64,000 nt of DNA from an uncultured Verrucomicrobiae bacterium (GTDB taxonomy: Bacteria > Verrucomicrobiota > Verrucomicrobiia > Chthoniobacterales > JAFAMB01): the NCBI GenBank assembly GCA_963782115.1, contig CAWAIK010000003.1, positions 384,001-448,000 on the forward strand. The letters run 5' to 3'. Below are positions 28,389-39,305 of this stretch, in pieces. The stretch's first letter is position 1. Each line of letters opens with the position of its first letter. The notes below the pieces were generated by a model, which saw nothing but the letters and a program-made list of their open reading frames with translations, ran no database searches and was not told the DNA's origin. The translations under genes and the position numbers were made by a program.

Positions 28389-28554
28389 TCCCTGGCCGAT
28401 AAACCGGCGAATCACGAAACACAACTCAGAAGAAAGGAAATCGAGAAAGTGTCAGTGTAACATGGCCCGGAGTAATACTTTACAACTGCCTACATCCCCT
28501 TACCCTTCCTCAAGCCGGGAAGAACCGGAGAATCGAATCAAATACTCTATTGTC

Positions 28555-28977
28555 ATGTCGCAATACTGGCTGGTGAAGCAGGAACCAACCGCTTATTCCT
28601 GGGACCAATTCGCCGCGGATGGAAAGACAGATTGGACCGGTGTACGAAATTTTCAGGCCAGAAATAATCTGCGCTCCATGAAGCTTGGCGATCCGGTCTT
28701 CTACTATCACAGCGTCAACGGCAAGGCTGTTGTCGGAATCGCGAAGGTGACAAAAGAGGCCTTCCGCGATCCCACCGCGGCCGAGGGAGACTGGTCGGCA
28801 GTCGAGCTCACGCCGGTGAGATCGATAGAACCTCCTGTAAAAATTGACCAGATCAAGGGGGACACCAGGCTGCTCGACATGCCTTTGCTTAAGAATTCCA
28901 GGCTGTCCGTCATGAAGCTTACGAAAGAGCAATACGACACAATTCTCGAGCTCTCAAAACGGGCTCGGTCCGGCTAG
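28555..28977 (+). CDS. EVE domain protein
   Basis: YWLVKQEP, WTGVRNFQARN, FYYHS and RLSV. Confidence 0.92.
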   Translation: MSQYWLVKQEPTAYSWDQFAADGKTDWTGVRNFQARNNLRSMKLGDPVFYYHSVNGKAVVGIAKVTKEAFRDPTAAEGDWSAVELTPVRSIEPPVKIDQIKGDTRLLDMPLLKNSRLSVMKLTKEQYDTILELSKRARSG

Positions 28978-28996
28978 CAATCTGGGCGCAAGGGTT

Positions 28997-29761
28997 ATGG
29001 CACGTCCCTCCCTCTCCGACCAGCGCCACTCCGGTTTCCTTTCTCACTTTTTGGCAGCATCAAACTCGAGAAACGTCAAAAAAACCAAATGTAGAAGTTG
29101 GAGATCCGATCGTTCGACGAACACCAGATCCCGGTTTCGCCTTTTGGCTTATGCCCTCATTATCGTCGCCGCCACAACGCTGGTCGTCGTCGTGATCGTC
29201 CTCGCAATTGGGGCTGGAAGTGACAATGTTGATCCCTCTCACAAGGTATTGGAACTCACCGCCCAGGACATCGACCCTGAAACAACCGCCATTGAAAAAA
29301 ACCTGCTTAAACAGAATCAGATCGATGCTCGACTGGCCGCTGCCCTGTGGAGAGATGCCCGCCAGCAATTGAGCGGCACCTCGCTCAAGGAAGCTCAACG
29401 CGCACTCGACGAGGGACATGTCATTCCGGCGGTTGAGCCTCTGGTTAGGCAATTGGCTGCCGACTTCGGCACTGGGAGAGCCGCTGCCTTTACCATCTGG
29501 GTGGTTGAGGATGAATCGCAAAGGGACAACGCCGTTGATCTTCAGCTTGAGGGCGTTCCTTTTGGCAGATTCTCGATCGAACAGAACCGTTACGCGATCA
29601 CCGTCGTTGGAAGAACGGGACAATCATTTCGATTGGTGATCACCGGCGCATCAGGCGCGAATAGGGGAGCCGTTTTCCGAGCCGAAACCGCAACCAGCGA
29701 AGCACAGACCCGGCATCTGCACCCGAGAAGAAACGACACCTGGCAGCTGGTGGTCAAATGA
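28997..29761 (+). CDS. Hypothetical membrane-anchored protein (start uncertain)
   Basis: One long hydrophobic segment followed by a beta-rich soluble domain. Confidence 0.55.
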   Translation: MARPSLSDQRHSGFLSHFLAASNSRNVKKTKCRSWRSDRSTNTRSRFRLLAYALIIVAATTLVVVVIVLAIGAGSDNVDPSHKVLELTAQDIDPETTAIEKNLLKQNQIDARLAAALWRDARQQLSGTSLKEAQRALDEGHVIPAVEPLVRQLAADFGTGRAAAFTIWVVEDESQRDNAVDLQLEGVPFGRFSIEQNRYAITVVGRTGQSFRLVITGASGANRGAVFRAETATSEAQTRHLHPRRNDTWQLVVK

Positions 29762-29835
29762 AGAGGCTCAAAAACGAAATTCTCCTCCCTTATCCTTGAC
29801 GGTTCCCTCATCGAATCCGAAGTAGTCAACACCCT

Positions 29836-30936
29836 ATGAAGACCCTGGGTGAGATCGCTAGCTATGTGGGCGGCCAATTGTGCGGCGACGCCTCTGTGTC
29901 GATACGGCGCGTTGTTCATCCTGCCCTGGTAGAGAACGATTCCGATCTTGCTCTGGTCCTTTCGCCTGGCGCTGCCTCCGTCCTCGCTTCAGGCAAGATT
30001 TCGAACGCGGTGCTTACGGAGAAGATTGAGGACCGTCTGACGCCGAACCAGATTGTTGTCAAACGTCCCAGGCTGATTCTGGCGAAGCTGTTAGAGCTTT
30101 TCGATAGTCCAGTTCACGTGGCTTCCGGCGTGCACCCGAGCGCTGTCATTGATTCGAGTGCCACAATCGGTCAAAACGTATCGATCGGGCCGTTTTGCTG
30201 GATCGGCCCCCGCACTAAAATCTCCGATCATTGCAGGCTCGTGGCTCACGTCAGCGTGGGCGCCGATGTTGCCATCGGTGAAAATACTCTTGTGCATGCC
30301 GGCGTGACTATCGGCGATCGTTGCCGAATTGGTAACCATGTGATCGTTCAACCCAATGCCGCGATCGGCGGGGATGGCTTTGCCTATGTGACACCGGAGC
30401 CAGGCAGCGTCGAATCAGCCCGCGCGACCGGTGAGGTCCGCAGCTTTAATAACGAACTCATTCGAATCAATTCCATCGGAAACGTGGTGATCGAGGATAA
30501 TGTCGAAATCGGCGCCGGTTCCTGCATCGATCGCGGAACGCTGGGAGAAACCCGGATAGGTCGAGGCTCTAAATTGGACAACCTGGTCCAGGTCGGGCAC
30601 AACGTGACGATCGGTACAAACTGTCTCATTGTCGCCCAGGTCGGCTTGGGCGGCAGTTCAAAGGTCGGCCATCGCGCCGTCGTTGGTGGCCAGGCCGGGC
30701 TCCCCGATCACCTGAGCATCGGGGACGATGCCCTGGTTCATGCCCAAGCTGGAATTGTCAACCACGTTCTCCCTAGGAGCATCGTGATCGGAACTCCAGC
30801 GGAACCAAAAAAACGGTTCCTCGAGCAACATGTTCAGGTCAGACGTCTCCCGAGAATTGCCAGAGAGCTGAGGGAGCTGAGACAGCAGGTCGCAGCCTTG
30901 ACCGAAAAGTTGAACGCAGTGCCGCCGCCGGGGTGA
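29836..30936 (+). CDS. lpxD: UDP-3-O-(3-hydroxymyristoyl)glucosamine N-acyltransferase
   Basis: Hexapeptide repeats, [25 protein letters not shown] and [11 protein letters not shown]. Confidence 0.93.
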   Translation: MKTLGEIASYVGGQLCGDASVSIRRVVHPALVENDSDLALVLSPGAASVLASGKISNAVLTEKIEDRLTPNQIVVKRPRLILAKLLELFDSPVHVASGVHPSAVIDSSATIGQNVSIGPFCWIGPRTKISDHCRLVAHVSVGADVAIGENTLVHAGVTIGDRCRIGNHVIVQPNAAIGGDGFAYVTPEPGSVESARATGEVRSFNNELIRINSIGNVVIEDNVEIGAGSCIDRGTLGETRIGRGSKLDNLVQVGHNVTIGTNCLIVAQVGLGGSSKVGHRAVVGGQAGLPDHLSIGDDALVHAQAGIVNHVLPRSIVIGTPAEPKKRFLEQHVQVRRLPRIARELRELRQQVAALTEKLNAVPPPG

Positions 30937-31021
30937 GATATTTTCAGTGCCGCGGGCAGCTGTTCGTCTCCGTCGCCGCAGTTGACACTTCACTGAGCAT
31001 GGATACCCTTCAACGCTTCTC

Positions 31022-31243
31022 ATGAAGACGGTGATCTCGACAACTGAAGCTCCCACCGCCGTCGGCCCGTACTCACAGGCCATCGCAGCCGGGCCGTTCG
31101 TGTTTTGTTCTGGACAGATTCCGCTGGAACCCGAAACGGGAAAACACCCGAACGATCCCCCGGCCCTCTCAACAATCCAGGTCGCGGCTCTGCCGAAGGG
31201 TGCTAACGTAGAAATCGAGGCAATTGCCTTAAAACCCTCTTAG
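31022..31243 (+). pseudogene. ridA: RidA/YjgF family gene with in-frame internal deletion
   Basis: [11 protein letters not shown]...SGQIPL joins almost directly to [24 protein letters not shown]. Only 73 aa versus about 125 typical, and the conserved PAR Arg reads Leu. Confidence 0.8.
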
Positions 31244-31249
31244 ACAGAC

Positions 31250-31513
31250 GTGGCTCAAACGATTTTAGAAGCTTTCGAGAAAACCGGCGCATTGTTACAC
31301 GGTCATTTCATTCTCAGTTCCGGCCTGCACGGCCGGCAGTATTTTCAATGCGCTCTGGTCCTGGAGTACACCGAACTCGCTAACCAAATCTGCGCGGACC
31401 TGGCCGCAAAACTCGCTGAGGTAGCGTGCGATGCCATTGTTTCACCAGCCATGGGCGGCATTATCGTCGGACAAGAAGTTGGTCGAAATCTCGGAAGGAT
31501 TTTATATGGTTAG
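31250..31513 (+). pseudogene. pyrE: 3'-truncated orotate phosphoribosyltransferase
   Basis: ALLHGHFILSSGLH..YFQCALVL...[13 protein letters not shown], then the frame runs into the secA start. The PRPP-binding VEDV motif is missing. Confidence 0.85.
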
Positions 31514-34508
31514 TTGGATTTTACGGAAGGTTCTGGGTTCAAAGAACCAGCGGGAGATCAAACGAATTCGCCCGCTCGTCGAAAAGATCAACCAGTTAGA
31601 ACAGCAGTTTCAAGCCCTCACGGAAGATCAAATCCGCGACAAGACGGCTCAGTGGAAAAAAGATCTTGCGAATATTGACGATCCCGACGAACTCGCACGC
31701 CGTCTGCACTCGATACTGCCCGAGGCATTCGCGCTCGTAAAGAATGCGGCCCGGCGGCTCTTTGGCAAAACGATTCTTGTCTGTGACCAGCAAACCGTCT
31801 GGAACATGATCCATTTCGATGTACAGCTCATCGGTGGAATCATCCTGCACGAAGGCAAGATTGCTGAAATGGCAACCGGTGAGGGTAAAACTCTCGTCGC
31901 GACCTGTCCGATATACCTGAATGCTCTGACCGGACGCGGCGTTCACCTCGTGACCGTGAACGATTACCTCGCTCGCCGCGATGCGGAGTGGATGGGCGAA
32001 ATCTACAAACTGCTCGGCCTCACCGTCGGGTGCATTCAACATGACCAATCCCCTTCTCTTCGCAAGGAGCAATACGATTGCGATGTCACGTACGGAACCA
32101 ACAGCGAGTTCGGGTTTGACTACCTGCGCGACAACGGAATGGCGACCACAAAGGAACAGCAGGTCCAGCGCGGTTACTATTACGCCATTGTGGATGAAGT
32201 CGATTCCATCCTGATCGACGAAGCGCGGACGCCGCTCATCATCAGCGGACCTGCAACGGTCTCCTCTCACCAGTACGACAAGTTTAAGCCGCTCGTTGAA
32301 CAGTTGGTGCACAAGCAAACGATGCTCTGCAATCGTTTGGTTTCCGAGGCCAAAGAGTTACTCGAAAAGGGCCAGGGCGAGGAAGCCGGAAGACTGCTTT
32401 TCAAGGTGAAGCTAGGCCAGCCCCGAAATAAAGGGCTCCTACGCCTGATGGAAGAGCCGGAAAACCGCAAGGCCATCGATAAATCCGAGCTTTCCTTCTA
32501 TCAGGATTCCCGGAAAGAGGAACTGGTGGCCTTGAAAGAGGAGCTTTACTTCACCATCGATGAACGGCATCAGGACTCGGATCTCTCCGAGATGGGCCGT
32601 TCCTTTCTCAATCCGGATGACCCAAACGCTTTCGTTTTACCCGATCTCATCACCGAGTTCACCGAAATTGATTTGGATGCGAACCTGAATCAAGCTCAGA
32701 AGGACGAAGCCAAAAAGCAACGGCAGCAGTATTGCGACAGCCAGGCAGAACGCATTCACAATATCGCTCAACTCCTCCGCGCTTACTGCCTGTTCGAGAA
32801 AGACGTCGATTACGTCATCGAAGAAAATAAGGTGATCATCGTTGACGAGCACACTGGACGAAAGATGCCCGGCCGGCGTTGGAGCGACGGCTTGCATCAA
32901 GCCGTTGAGGCGAAAGAAGGTGTGCAGATTGACAGGGAAACTCAGACGCTCGCCACGATCACGATTCAGAACTATTTCCGCCTCTATCACAAGTTGGCCG
33001 GGATGACGGGCACTGCGGAGACAGAGGCCAACGAGTTCCATGACATCTACAAACTGGACGTTGCCGTTATCCCGACGAATCGTCCCGTGATTCGCCAAGA
33101 CAACAACGACCGTATTTACAAGACGCGTCGAGAAAAGTACGCGGCGGCGGTCGACGAAATCAAGGGTTGCTATGCCAAAGGCCAACCAGTCCTTGTCGGC
33201 ACTGCCAGCGTTGAGGCCTCGGAACTCTTAAGCCGAATGTTGAAACGGGAAAAGATTCCGCACAATGTGCTCAACGCAAAGTATCACCGGCAGGAAGCCG
33301 AAATAGTGGCCCGTGCAGGGCAGCGCGGTACAGTCACGATTTCCACCAATATGGCCGGCCGTGGAACGGACATCAAACTGGGCGATGGGGTCCCTGATCT
33401 CGGCGGACTTCACGTCCTCGGTACCGAGCGCCACGAGTCCCGGCGAGTCGATCGTCAGCTTCGAGGTCGTTGCGCCCGTCAAGGTGATCCAGGCTCTTCT
33501 CGCTTCTACGTCAGCTTTGAAGACGATTTGATGCGCAATTTCGGCGCCTCCGAAAAAATGACCTCGATGATGGAACGGTTCGGCCTCAAAGACGGCGAAG
33601 AACTCGAGCATCCCTGGCTCAACAGGAGCGTGGAAACGGCCCAAAAACGAGTCGAACAACGAAACTATTTGATCCGCAAGCGGACGCTGGATTTTGACGA
33701 TGTCATGAACAAGCAGCGCGAGGTGGTTTACGCACTGCGCAACGAGACTCTTGAAACCACCGAGCCGCGCAAGCTGATCTTTGAGATTGTCGACGAGGTT
33801 ATTCCGCTCAGGGTCCAGGAATACTTGCAACCGGCCGATGGCAGCGAACCGGATTACGACGGCATGCTGCAATGGGTAAACACGACGTTCCCCTTAGGGC
33901 TTACCGGAAGTTCGGCCCAGTTTGACACACGCGCACCTGACGAGAATTCCCAGTTTCTCGTCGACCGCATCAAGCAATCCTACCAACGGAAAGTCAGCCA
34001 CGAGGAATCTGAAGCGGTGGCTGGTCTGGAGCGCTACATCATTCTCAACGCGATCGACCGGCTCTGGCAGGAGCACCTCTATGCGATGGACGGCCTTCGA
34101 GAGGGAATTTATCTGCGCAGTTACGGTCAAAAGGATCCTTTGGTGGAATATAAAACCGAGGCTTACGACATGTTCAGCCAGTTAATGGCGGGCATTAAAA
34201 ACGAGGTTTTGTCCAATTTATTCCGGAGCACGACCAATTTGATGGCGTTCGAGCACTTCTTGTCCTCGCTCCCGTTCAACATCGCTCAGCGTCCCGAGCC
34301 TGGCCAACCGGCTCGACCTCCGGCTGGCCCGTTGCCGCGGCGGGAACATCTTGGGTTGGCGCGTAACGATCAAGGCGACAAAAACGGCGATGAACTGGAG
34401 TTGGTGATTCCCACCGCGCGAAGGGAAGCTCCAAAAGTAGGTCGTAACGACCCTTGCCCGTGTGGCAGCGGAAAGAAATATAAAAACTGCTGCGGAAGGC
34501 TGGCTTAG
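31506..34508 (+). CDS. secA: Preprotein translocase subunit SecA
   Basis: [40 protein letters not shown] and C-terminal SEC-C motif [18 protein letters not shown]. Confidence 0.97.
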   Translation: MVSWILRKVLGSKNQREIKRIRPLVEKINQLEQQFQALTEDQIRDKTAQWKKDLANIDDPDELARRLHSILPEAFALVKNAARRLFGKTILVCDQQTVWNMIHFDVQLIGGIILHEGKIAEMATGEGKTLVATCPIYLNALTGRGVHLVTVNDYLARRDAEWMGEIYKLLGLTVGCIQHDQSPSLRKEQYDCDVTYGTNSEFGFDYLRDNGMATTKEQQVQRGYYYAIVDEVDSILIDEARTPLIISGPATVSSHQYDKFKPLVEQLVHKQTMLCNRLVSEAKELLEKGQGEEAGRLLFKVKLGQPRNKGLLRLMEEPENRKAIDKSELSFYQDSRKEELVALKEELYFTIDERHQDSDLSEMGRSFLNPDDPNAFVLPDLITEFTEIDLDANLNQAQKDEAKKQRQQYCDSQAERIHNIAQLLRAYCLFEKDVDYVIEENKVIIVDEHTGRKMPGRRWSDGLHQAVEAKEGVQIDRETQTLATITIQNYFRLYHKLAGMTGTAETEANEFHDIYKLDVAVIPTNRPVIRQDNNDRIYKTRREKYAAAVDEIKGCYAKGQPVLVGTASVEASELLSRMLKREKIPHNVLNAKYHRQEAEIVARAGQRGTVTISTNMAGRGTDIKLGDGVPDLGGLHVLGTERHESRRVDRQLRGRCARQGDPGSSRFYVSFEDDLMRNFGASEKMTSMMERFGLKDGEELEHPWLNRSVETAQKRVEQRNYLIRKRTLDFDDVMNKQREVVYALRNETLETTEPRKLIFEIVDEVIPLRVQEYLQPADGSEPDYDGMLQWVNTTFPLGLTGSSAQFDTRAPDENSQFLVDRIKQSYQRKVSHEESEAVAGLERYIILNAIDRLWQEHLYAMDGLREGIYLRSYGQKDPLVEYKTEAYDMFSQLMAGIKNEVLSNLFRSTTNLMAFEHFLSSLPFNIAQRPEPGQPARPPAGPLPRREHLGLARNDQGDKNGDELELVIPTARREAPKVGRNDPCPCGSGKKYKNCCGRLA

Positions 34509-34583
34509 AATTGAGGAGGACAGGAGACAGAGGTTGCAGAATAGACGCACCTGTACTCCAAGTCGAGTCTCCTGGGAAAAAGG

Positions 34584-34612
34584 TTGCCGAATTCGAAAGT
34601 GTCAAGTATATA
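34584..34612 (+). promoter_or_regulatory. Sigma70-like promoter
   Basis: TTGCCG-N17-TATATA, directly upstream of a structured region and the RRM gene. Confidence 0.5.
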
Positions 34613-34807
34613 ACCAGGGTAACACGGGAGATCCCGGGCTTGAGGATGTCGTGGGCCCCGAATCTAATTGGGGATTCATTGCTTCGTCTCAGGCTCTTCT
34701 TTCATGGCCAGGACACTTCGGTAGACTGTTCATGGGATAGCCGAAACTTGGTGCTCACCTTCCGAGGTGCTCGAGCGCTCCCGGAAGTTGCGGTGAAGGC
34801 CTTGGGT
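34613..34807 (+). ncRNA. Candidate rod-like structured RNA (6S-like or RRM gene leader)
   Basis: Nested pairings CCAGGGU/GCCUUGG, GUAAC/GUUGC, GGGAG/CUCCC, CGGGC/GCUCG and UGUC/GACA, plus hairpin CACCU-UCCG-AGGUG. Confidence 0.35.
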
Positions 34808-34894
34808 TTTAAGGGTTAACTTCAACCCAAACTGTTCTTTCTCAGTGTGCGTAGTGCATGTCCTTCGCCTGATGAACTTCAGAATTGTGTTCCA

Positions 34895-35395
34895 ATGAAA
34901 TCTCAATCAACGCATTATTCAGGACGACGATCTAATCGGGGACGTCGCAGACGATCAAACAGCCGCGGAGTCACTTCAGTCACTCCGAAACCCAAACCTA
35001 CTTTCTGGCAGCAAATCGTCGCGTTTTTTAAGGGTTTTACCAAGCACTCTCCAAAAACTGGGGAAAAGCCGGTCCCAAGCGCGACAACGAGAGAGAAGAT
35101 TAGCAGGAAGCCCGAACTGGTGGAAGTGACTTCGCCGAAGCTTTACGTGGGCAACTTGTCGTTCGATGCCACGGAAAGCGACCTTTTCGAACTATTTAAC
35201 GGGGTAGGCCAAGTTAAGAATGCCGAGGTCGTTTGCCACAAGTATACACAACGTTCCAAAGGCTTTGCCTTCGTTCAGATGACAACCATCGAGGAAGCTC
35301 GACGCGCTGTTGAGGAACTTCACGATAAAGAGTTCCTCGGCCGCAAGTTGGTTGTCAGCGGTGCCAAGACTCCGGATATGGAGAGGGCCGCCTGA
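34895..35395 (+). CDS. RRM RNA-binding protein with basic N-terminal extension
   Basis: KLYVGNLSF (RNP2) and RSKGFAFV (RNP1). Confidence 0.9.
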   Translation: MKSQSTHYSGRRSNRGRRRRSNSRGVTSVTPKPKPTFWQQIVAFFKGFTKHSPKTGEKPVPSATTREKISRKPELVEVTSPKLYVGNLSFDATESDLFELFNGVGQVKNAEVVCHKYTQRSKGFAFVQMTTIEEARRAVEELHDKEFLGRKLVVSGAKTPDMERAA

Positions 35396-35462
35396 TCTGA
35401 TCAAAGTCTTTGCAGCTCGCATGACCCGCGTTCTTCACCAGAGCGCGGGTCTTTTGCATTTC

Positions 35463-36353
35463 ATGCGCAAATTGAGATACATGGTGCTGGCCGGCCCGAC
35501 GGCGGTCGGCAAAACCGATCTTGCACTTCGCATCGCCCAAGAACTGCAGACCGAAATCGTCGGGGCAGACGCGTTCCAGCTTTACCAGGGCCTCGACATC
35601 CTTACCGGTAAACCGGCCCCTTCGGAATTAATGGCCGTCCGCCACCATCTGGTCGGGGTTCTCCCGTTGACCGAGCTGTTTGACGCCCACAAATACGCCC
35701 TTCTCGCCCGCCAGACGATTGCCGAGCTAAATCAACGCGGAATCGTTCCCCTGGTTGTCGGGGGTACAGGCTTTTATCTGCAGGCCCTCGAAAGCGGGAT
35801 TCCGCAATTGCCTCCGGCGGATCTCGCCCTCCGGGCGAGGCTGAATCATCTGTCAACGCCCGATTTGCTTCGGGATTTGGAGACCCGCGACACAGTGGCC
35901 TCGGCTCGGATTGACCGGCACAACCGGCGCCGCATTATCCGCGCCCTGGAAGTATGCATCTTGTCTGGAAAACCATTTTCCAGTTTTCTCAAGAACACCA
36001 CTCCTTACCCGGCAATCGCCCGCATCGTTCTTGAGCGGCCTCGCCCGGTTCTTATGGAAAGAATTAACCGCCGCGTTGACGAAATGTTCGAAAATGGGGT
36101 TGTTGCTGAAGTCGCTGCCGTCGACGCAATTGGAACGACTGCTTCGAAGGCCATCGGCTTTCAATTGATCCGTTCGCTGCTTGCGCAAGCCATCGACATC
36201 TCAAGCTGCAAAGACGCAATCAAGCAACAAACTCGAGACTATGCGAAACGCCAAATGACCTGGTTCCACCGCCCGCCGTGTGATCTCGTTACCGCGGAGT
36301 CTTCTGTCGATTTCCTGATTGCGACCTTCCATCGTCGATTTTCAGAAAGCTGA
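35463..36353 (+). CDS. miaA: tRNA dimethylallyltransferase
   Basis: GPTAVGKT, VGGTGFY, RIIRALEV and YAKRQMTWF. Confidence 0.95.
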   Translation: MRKLRYMVLAGPTAVGKTDLALRIAQELQTEIVGADAFQLYQGLDILTGKPAPSELMAVRHHLVGVLPLTELFDAHKYALLARQTIAELNQRGIVPLVVGGTGFYLQALESGIPQLPPADLALRARLNHLSTPDLLRDLETRDTVASARIDRHNRRRIIRALEVCILSGKPFSSFLKNTTPYPAIARIVLERPRPVLMERINRRVDEMFENGVVAEVAAVDAIGTTASKAIGFQLIRSLLAQAIDISSCKDAIKQQTRDYAKRQMTWFHRPPCDLVTAESSVDFLIATFHRRFSES

Positions 36354-36447
36354 AGTTGTCGGTGACTGTGCCCTCCGCGCGAGACTCGGTCGATACGACG
36401 GAGCCAACGATCATCGAGCAACCCCTTGTTCACCGCTTTTCGGCACC

Positions 36448-37188
36448 TCACTGACACCGGCCCTGGCGGCTGACTTCTTCTTGTCGATTTGCCCGCCGCC
36501 CAGTTAACAATAACAAATCGACCTCATTCTTTCTCAACAACCGCACCTTGCCTGACCCGAGTCCCCGGTCAGTAAGCGGCCCGATTCGAACTCGCTGCAG
36601 TCGTTTAACTTTGTATCCGAGCGCCGCAAAAACCCGGCGAACCTGTCGTTTAAGTCCTTGCATGAGCACCACCCGAACCTGCCGTGGGTTAACTTTGACT
36701 ATCGCATCAAATCGTGCGCGACCCTCGGAGAGATAGACCCCCCTTTTTGCTTTAGATGAGTCTTCTGTCTGAAATTCCCGATCAAGCGTGACCAGGTATT
36801 CCTTCTCCAACTTAAATTTCGGATGGGTGATTCGAAAGGCGAGGTCCCCATCATTTGTCAGTAGAAGCAACCCCTCAGACTCCTTATCCAGGCGTCCGAC
36901 GTGAGCAAGATTCGGCAGATCCCCGGGGATCAGATCATAGATGGTTTTGCGAGATCGTTCATCAGACCGAGTCACTAAAAAGTCCGGGGGCTTGTTCAGC
37001 AGGAGATAAATAAACTCCTGGGTCCGCACCAGATGCCCATCCACTCTGACTTGGTCGGAAGGAGCCACTTGCGTCGCCAAATCAGTACTGAGTGCGCCGT
37101 TAAGCGTGACACGTCCGCGCCGAATATATTCTTCAGCTCCCCGGCGAGAGGAGATCCCTGCTAGCGCTAAGAAGCGATTCAATCGCAT
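36448..37188 (-). CDS. rRNA pseudouridine synthase (RsuA/RluB family)
   Basis: S4 domain MRLNRFLA, catalytic VGRLDKESEGLLLLTNDG and RQVRR. Confidence 0.92.
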   Translation of the reverse strand: MRLNRFLALAGISSRRGAEEYIRRGRVTLNGALSTDLATQVAPSDQVRVDGHLVRTQEFIYLLLNKPPDFLVTRSDERSRKTIYDLIPGDLPNLAHVGRLDKESEGLLLLTNDGDLAFRITHPKFKLEKEYLVTLDREFQTEDSSKAKRGVYLSEGRARFDAIVKVNPRQVRVVLMQGLKRQVRRVFAALGYKVKRLQRVRIGPLTDRGLGSGKVRLLRKNEVDLLLLTGRRANRQEEVSRQGRCQ

Positions 37189-37308
37189 GGTACGATCCAA
37201 TTTAGAAAGCCATCCGATACCGTCATTCCGATCGCCGCTTCACCAACCGCATACCTGTGTGGTCCTCGCACAGAATCGCCCGCTGCTTTGGGCTGTGCAA
37301 TTTCCGCA

Positions 37309-37464
37309 CTAGGCCTCCGGCTTCGTTTTCGGCAAACCTATGACTTTATCGCCCGGCTTAAACAACCCTCGCTTTTTTAGCAACTCCACCCTCTCAAAGC
37401 GCTTCAGCACATTTCGTTTCGTGGTAATGGTGCTTGCGCCCTTCAAACTCCGATGCTGTGACAT
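37309..37464 (-). CDS. PVC superphylum small basic (signature) protein, 51 aa
   Basis: MSQHRSLKGASTITTKRNVLKRFERVELLKKRGLFKPGDKVIGLPKTKPEA, with an AGGAG RBS upstream. Not in the ORF track. Confidence 0.88.
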   Translation of the reverse strand: MSQHRSLKGASTITTKRNVLKRFERVELLKKRGLFKPGDKVIGLPKTKPEA

Positions 37465-37610
37465 AAAAACTCTCCTAAAGTGAAATAAAGGGGCGGACAG
37501 TACGCTGCAGCTGGAAAAAATTCAACTCCGGACTCCCGGGCTTCAACTGCCGCGAAGCCGTTTTTTTCCGAAGCGTCCCAAGCCACGGACCGCTGGCCCA
37601 CTGCCTTTTT

Positions 37611-38156
37611 TCAAATCAGCCCCAGCTTCATCTTGCCGGCTTCGCTGATCATATGCTGGTTCCAAGGCGGATCCCATACCAGTTCGACGTCCGCTTCGTC
37701 AACCCCGGGAATTGTTAAGATCTTGGATCTCGCATCCTGAGCAATCGAGGGACCCATGCCGCAACCTGGAGCGGTAAGCGTCATCTTGACTTCCACTTTT
37801 GTGCCGGTGGCAGGAGCGGTGACTATCTGGCAATCGTAAACCAATCCGAGATCCACGATGTTCACCGGGATTTCCGGATCGTACACGGTGCGAAGCTGCT
37901 CCCAGACATCTTCCTCATCGACATGCTCGTCCACTCTTTCAATTTTCTCCTCTAACCCGCGAGGTTCGAGGCCAAGGGCGACTGCATTTTCTTCGCTGAC
38001 CCGGAACAATCCATAGTCGCACGCAATCGTGTAGCTGCCGCCAAGGCTCTGCGTGATAATGACCTTTGTTCCCGCCGGAATTGTCGTTTTCAGTCCAGCC
38101 GGAATCTGGATTGCTTCGCAATCCCGCTTTAACTCGATTTCGTGATTATAACTCAT
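37611..38156 (-). CDS. sufT: Fe-S cluster assembly protein SufT (DUF59)
   Basis: ITQSLGGSYT, YDPEIPVNIVDLGLVY, MTLTAPGCGMG and WDPPW. Confidence 0.9.
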   Translation of the reverse strand: MSYNHEIELKRDCEAIQIPAGLKTTIPAGTKVIITQSLGGSYTIACDYGLFRVSEENAVALGLEPRGLEEKIERVDEHVDEEDVWEQLRTVYDPEIPVNIVDLGLVYDCQIVTAPATGTKVEVKMTLTAPGCGMGPSIAQDARSKILTIPGVDEADVELVWDPPWNQHMISEAGKMKLGLI

Positions 38157-38632
38157 TTTGAAGGTCCTGGAATTATTTTCCTTTTTTCCTGCGCCGGCGG
38201 TTGCATCCGCTGCAGCAGTGTCGGGGCGACATTCTTCTCCTTGGGAGGCTGTGCATCAGGAGCTAAAGCCGACCGGAGCGCTTCCTCAACAAGTTGCGCA
38301 CAATGAATTTTTAACGGTGGCAACGAACCAAACGGAGCCGACAAATCTTCGCCACTCATCGTGAGCGCTTCTTCTACGGTCTTACCAGAAATCAGCTCCG
38401 TCGCAACGCTTGCGACCGCGATTGCTGTTCCGCAGCCAAATGTTTGGAATGTCGCTTTATCAATGACTCGCTTTCCGTCGACTTCTTTAAATTTCACCCA
38501 CATACGCAACATATCCCCACAATCTTCGCTCCCGACCGTCCCAACCGCGTCGGCCCCGTCAAGCTCACCCAGGTTTTTCGGGTGTTTGATCGCTTCCTCA
38601 ATCCTGTTGCTAAAATCATCTGCTGGATTCAT
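38153..38632 (-). CDS. IscU/NifU-like Fe-S scaffold protein
   Basis: GSEDCGD, FQTFGCGTAIA and LPPLKIHC (three conserved Cys). Confidence 0.9.
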   Translation of the reverse strand: MNPADDFSNRIEEAIKHPKNLGELDGADAVGTVGSEDCGDMLRMWVKFKEVDGKRVIDKATFQTFGCGTAIAVASVATELISGKTVEEALTMSGEDLSAPFGSLPPLKIHCAQLVEEALRSALAPDAQPPKEKNVAPTLLQRMQPPAQEKRKIIPGPSK

Positions 38633-38636
38633 TCAC

Positions 38637-39185
38637 TTATCCCAAATGGTATCGAGGCAAATCAGGATCAACCTCTACGCTCCAGGCGTCGATGCCACCC
38701 GTCATGGACCTCACATGTTCAAAGCCGTGACCCGCGAAATAAGAGGCAGCATCCAGGCTCCGGACACCGTGATGGCAGACGAAAATGATTTCCCGATCCT
38801 TCGGCCATTCGGACATCATCTCCTGCATCAGCTCTTGAGTGAAAAACGTGGTACCATCGATGTGAACAGCATCCCATTCTTCCCGGCTGCGCACATCAAT
38901 CAATGGAACCTGCTCGCCCGCTCGCAGCCTTTCAGCGACTTCTTCTGGCGAAATCTGCGTTTTTTGATCCTCTTCGTGTGCGGCAAAAATTGTAGCGACC
39001 ACCTCTTCCACCGGCAGATTATCGTTGCGCGCGCAAACAGAGGCCAAAGTTTCGCTCTCACTGAAACCGCAGCTCGCGCAGCCTCCGATGTGGTAGGCCC
39101 GGAAAAGGGCTCGTTGAGCACCGGGGTACTCCTGAAGAAGCTCCGCCATGGTCGTATTGGGATCGATTGTTCTGGTCATGCTCAC
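38637..39185 (-). CDS. Rhodanese-like protein with N-terminal DUF1858-like CxxC domain
   Basis: HIGGCASC, LIDVRSREEW, CHHGVRS and GGIDAWS. Confidence 0.85.
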   Translation of the reverse strand: MSMTRTIDPNTTMAELLQEYPGAQRALFRAYHIGGCASCGFSESETLASVCARNDNLPVEEVVATIFAAHEEDQKTQISPEEVAERLRAGEQVPLIDVRSREEWDAVHIDGTTFFTQELMQEMMSEWPKDREIIFVCHHGVRSLDAASYFAGHGFEHVRSMTGGIDAWSVEVDPDLPRYHLG

Positions 39186-39305
39186 GATACTCAGCGTTAC
39201 ATCATTTCACCCGAAAATCAAAAAGACCGGCTCCTGATATAGTGTTCTGTCCCCGAAATAGCGTGTATTTCGGAGACAGGAGACTGCCAGAACGACCCCA
39301 AAATT

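Noticed and set aside
34511..34819. 102-aa ORF between secA and the RRM gene
   Set aside because: TTG start, no recognisable family, and it overlaps a good promoter and a structured RNA candidate.
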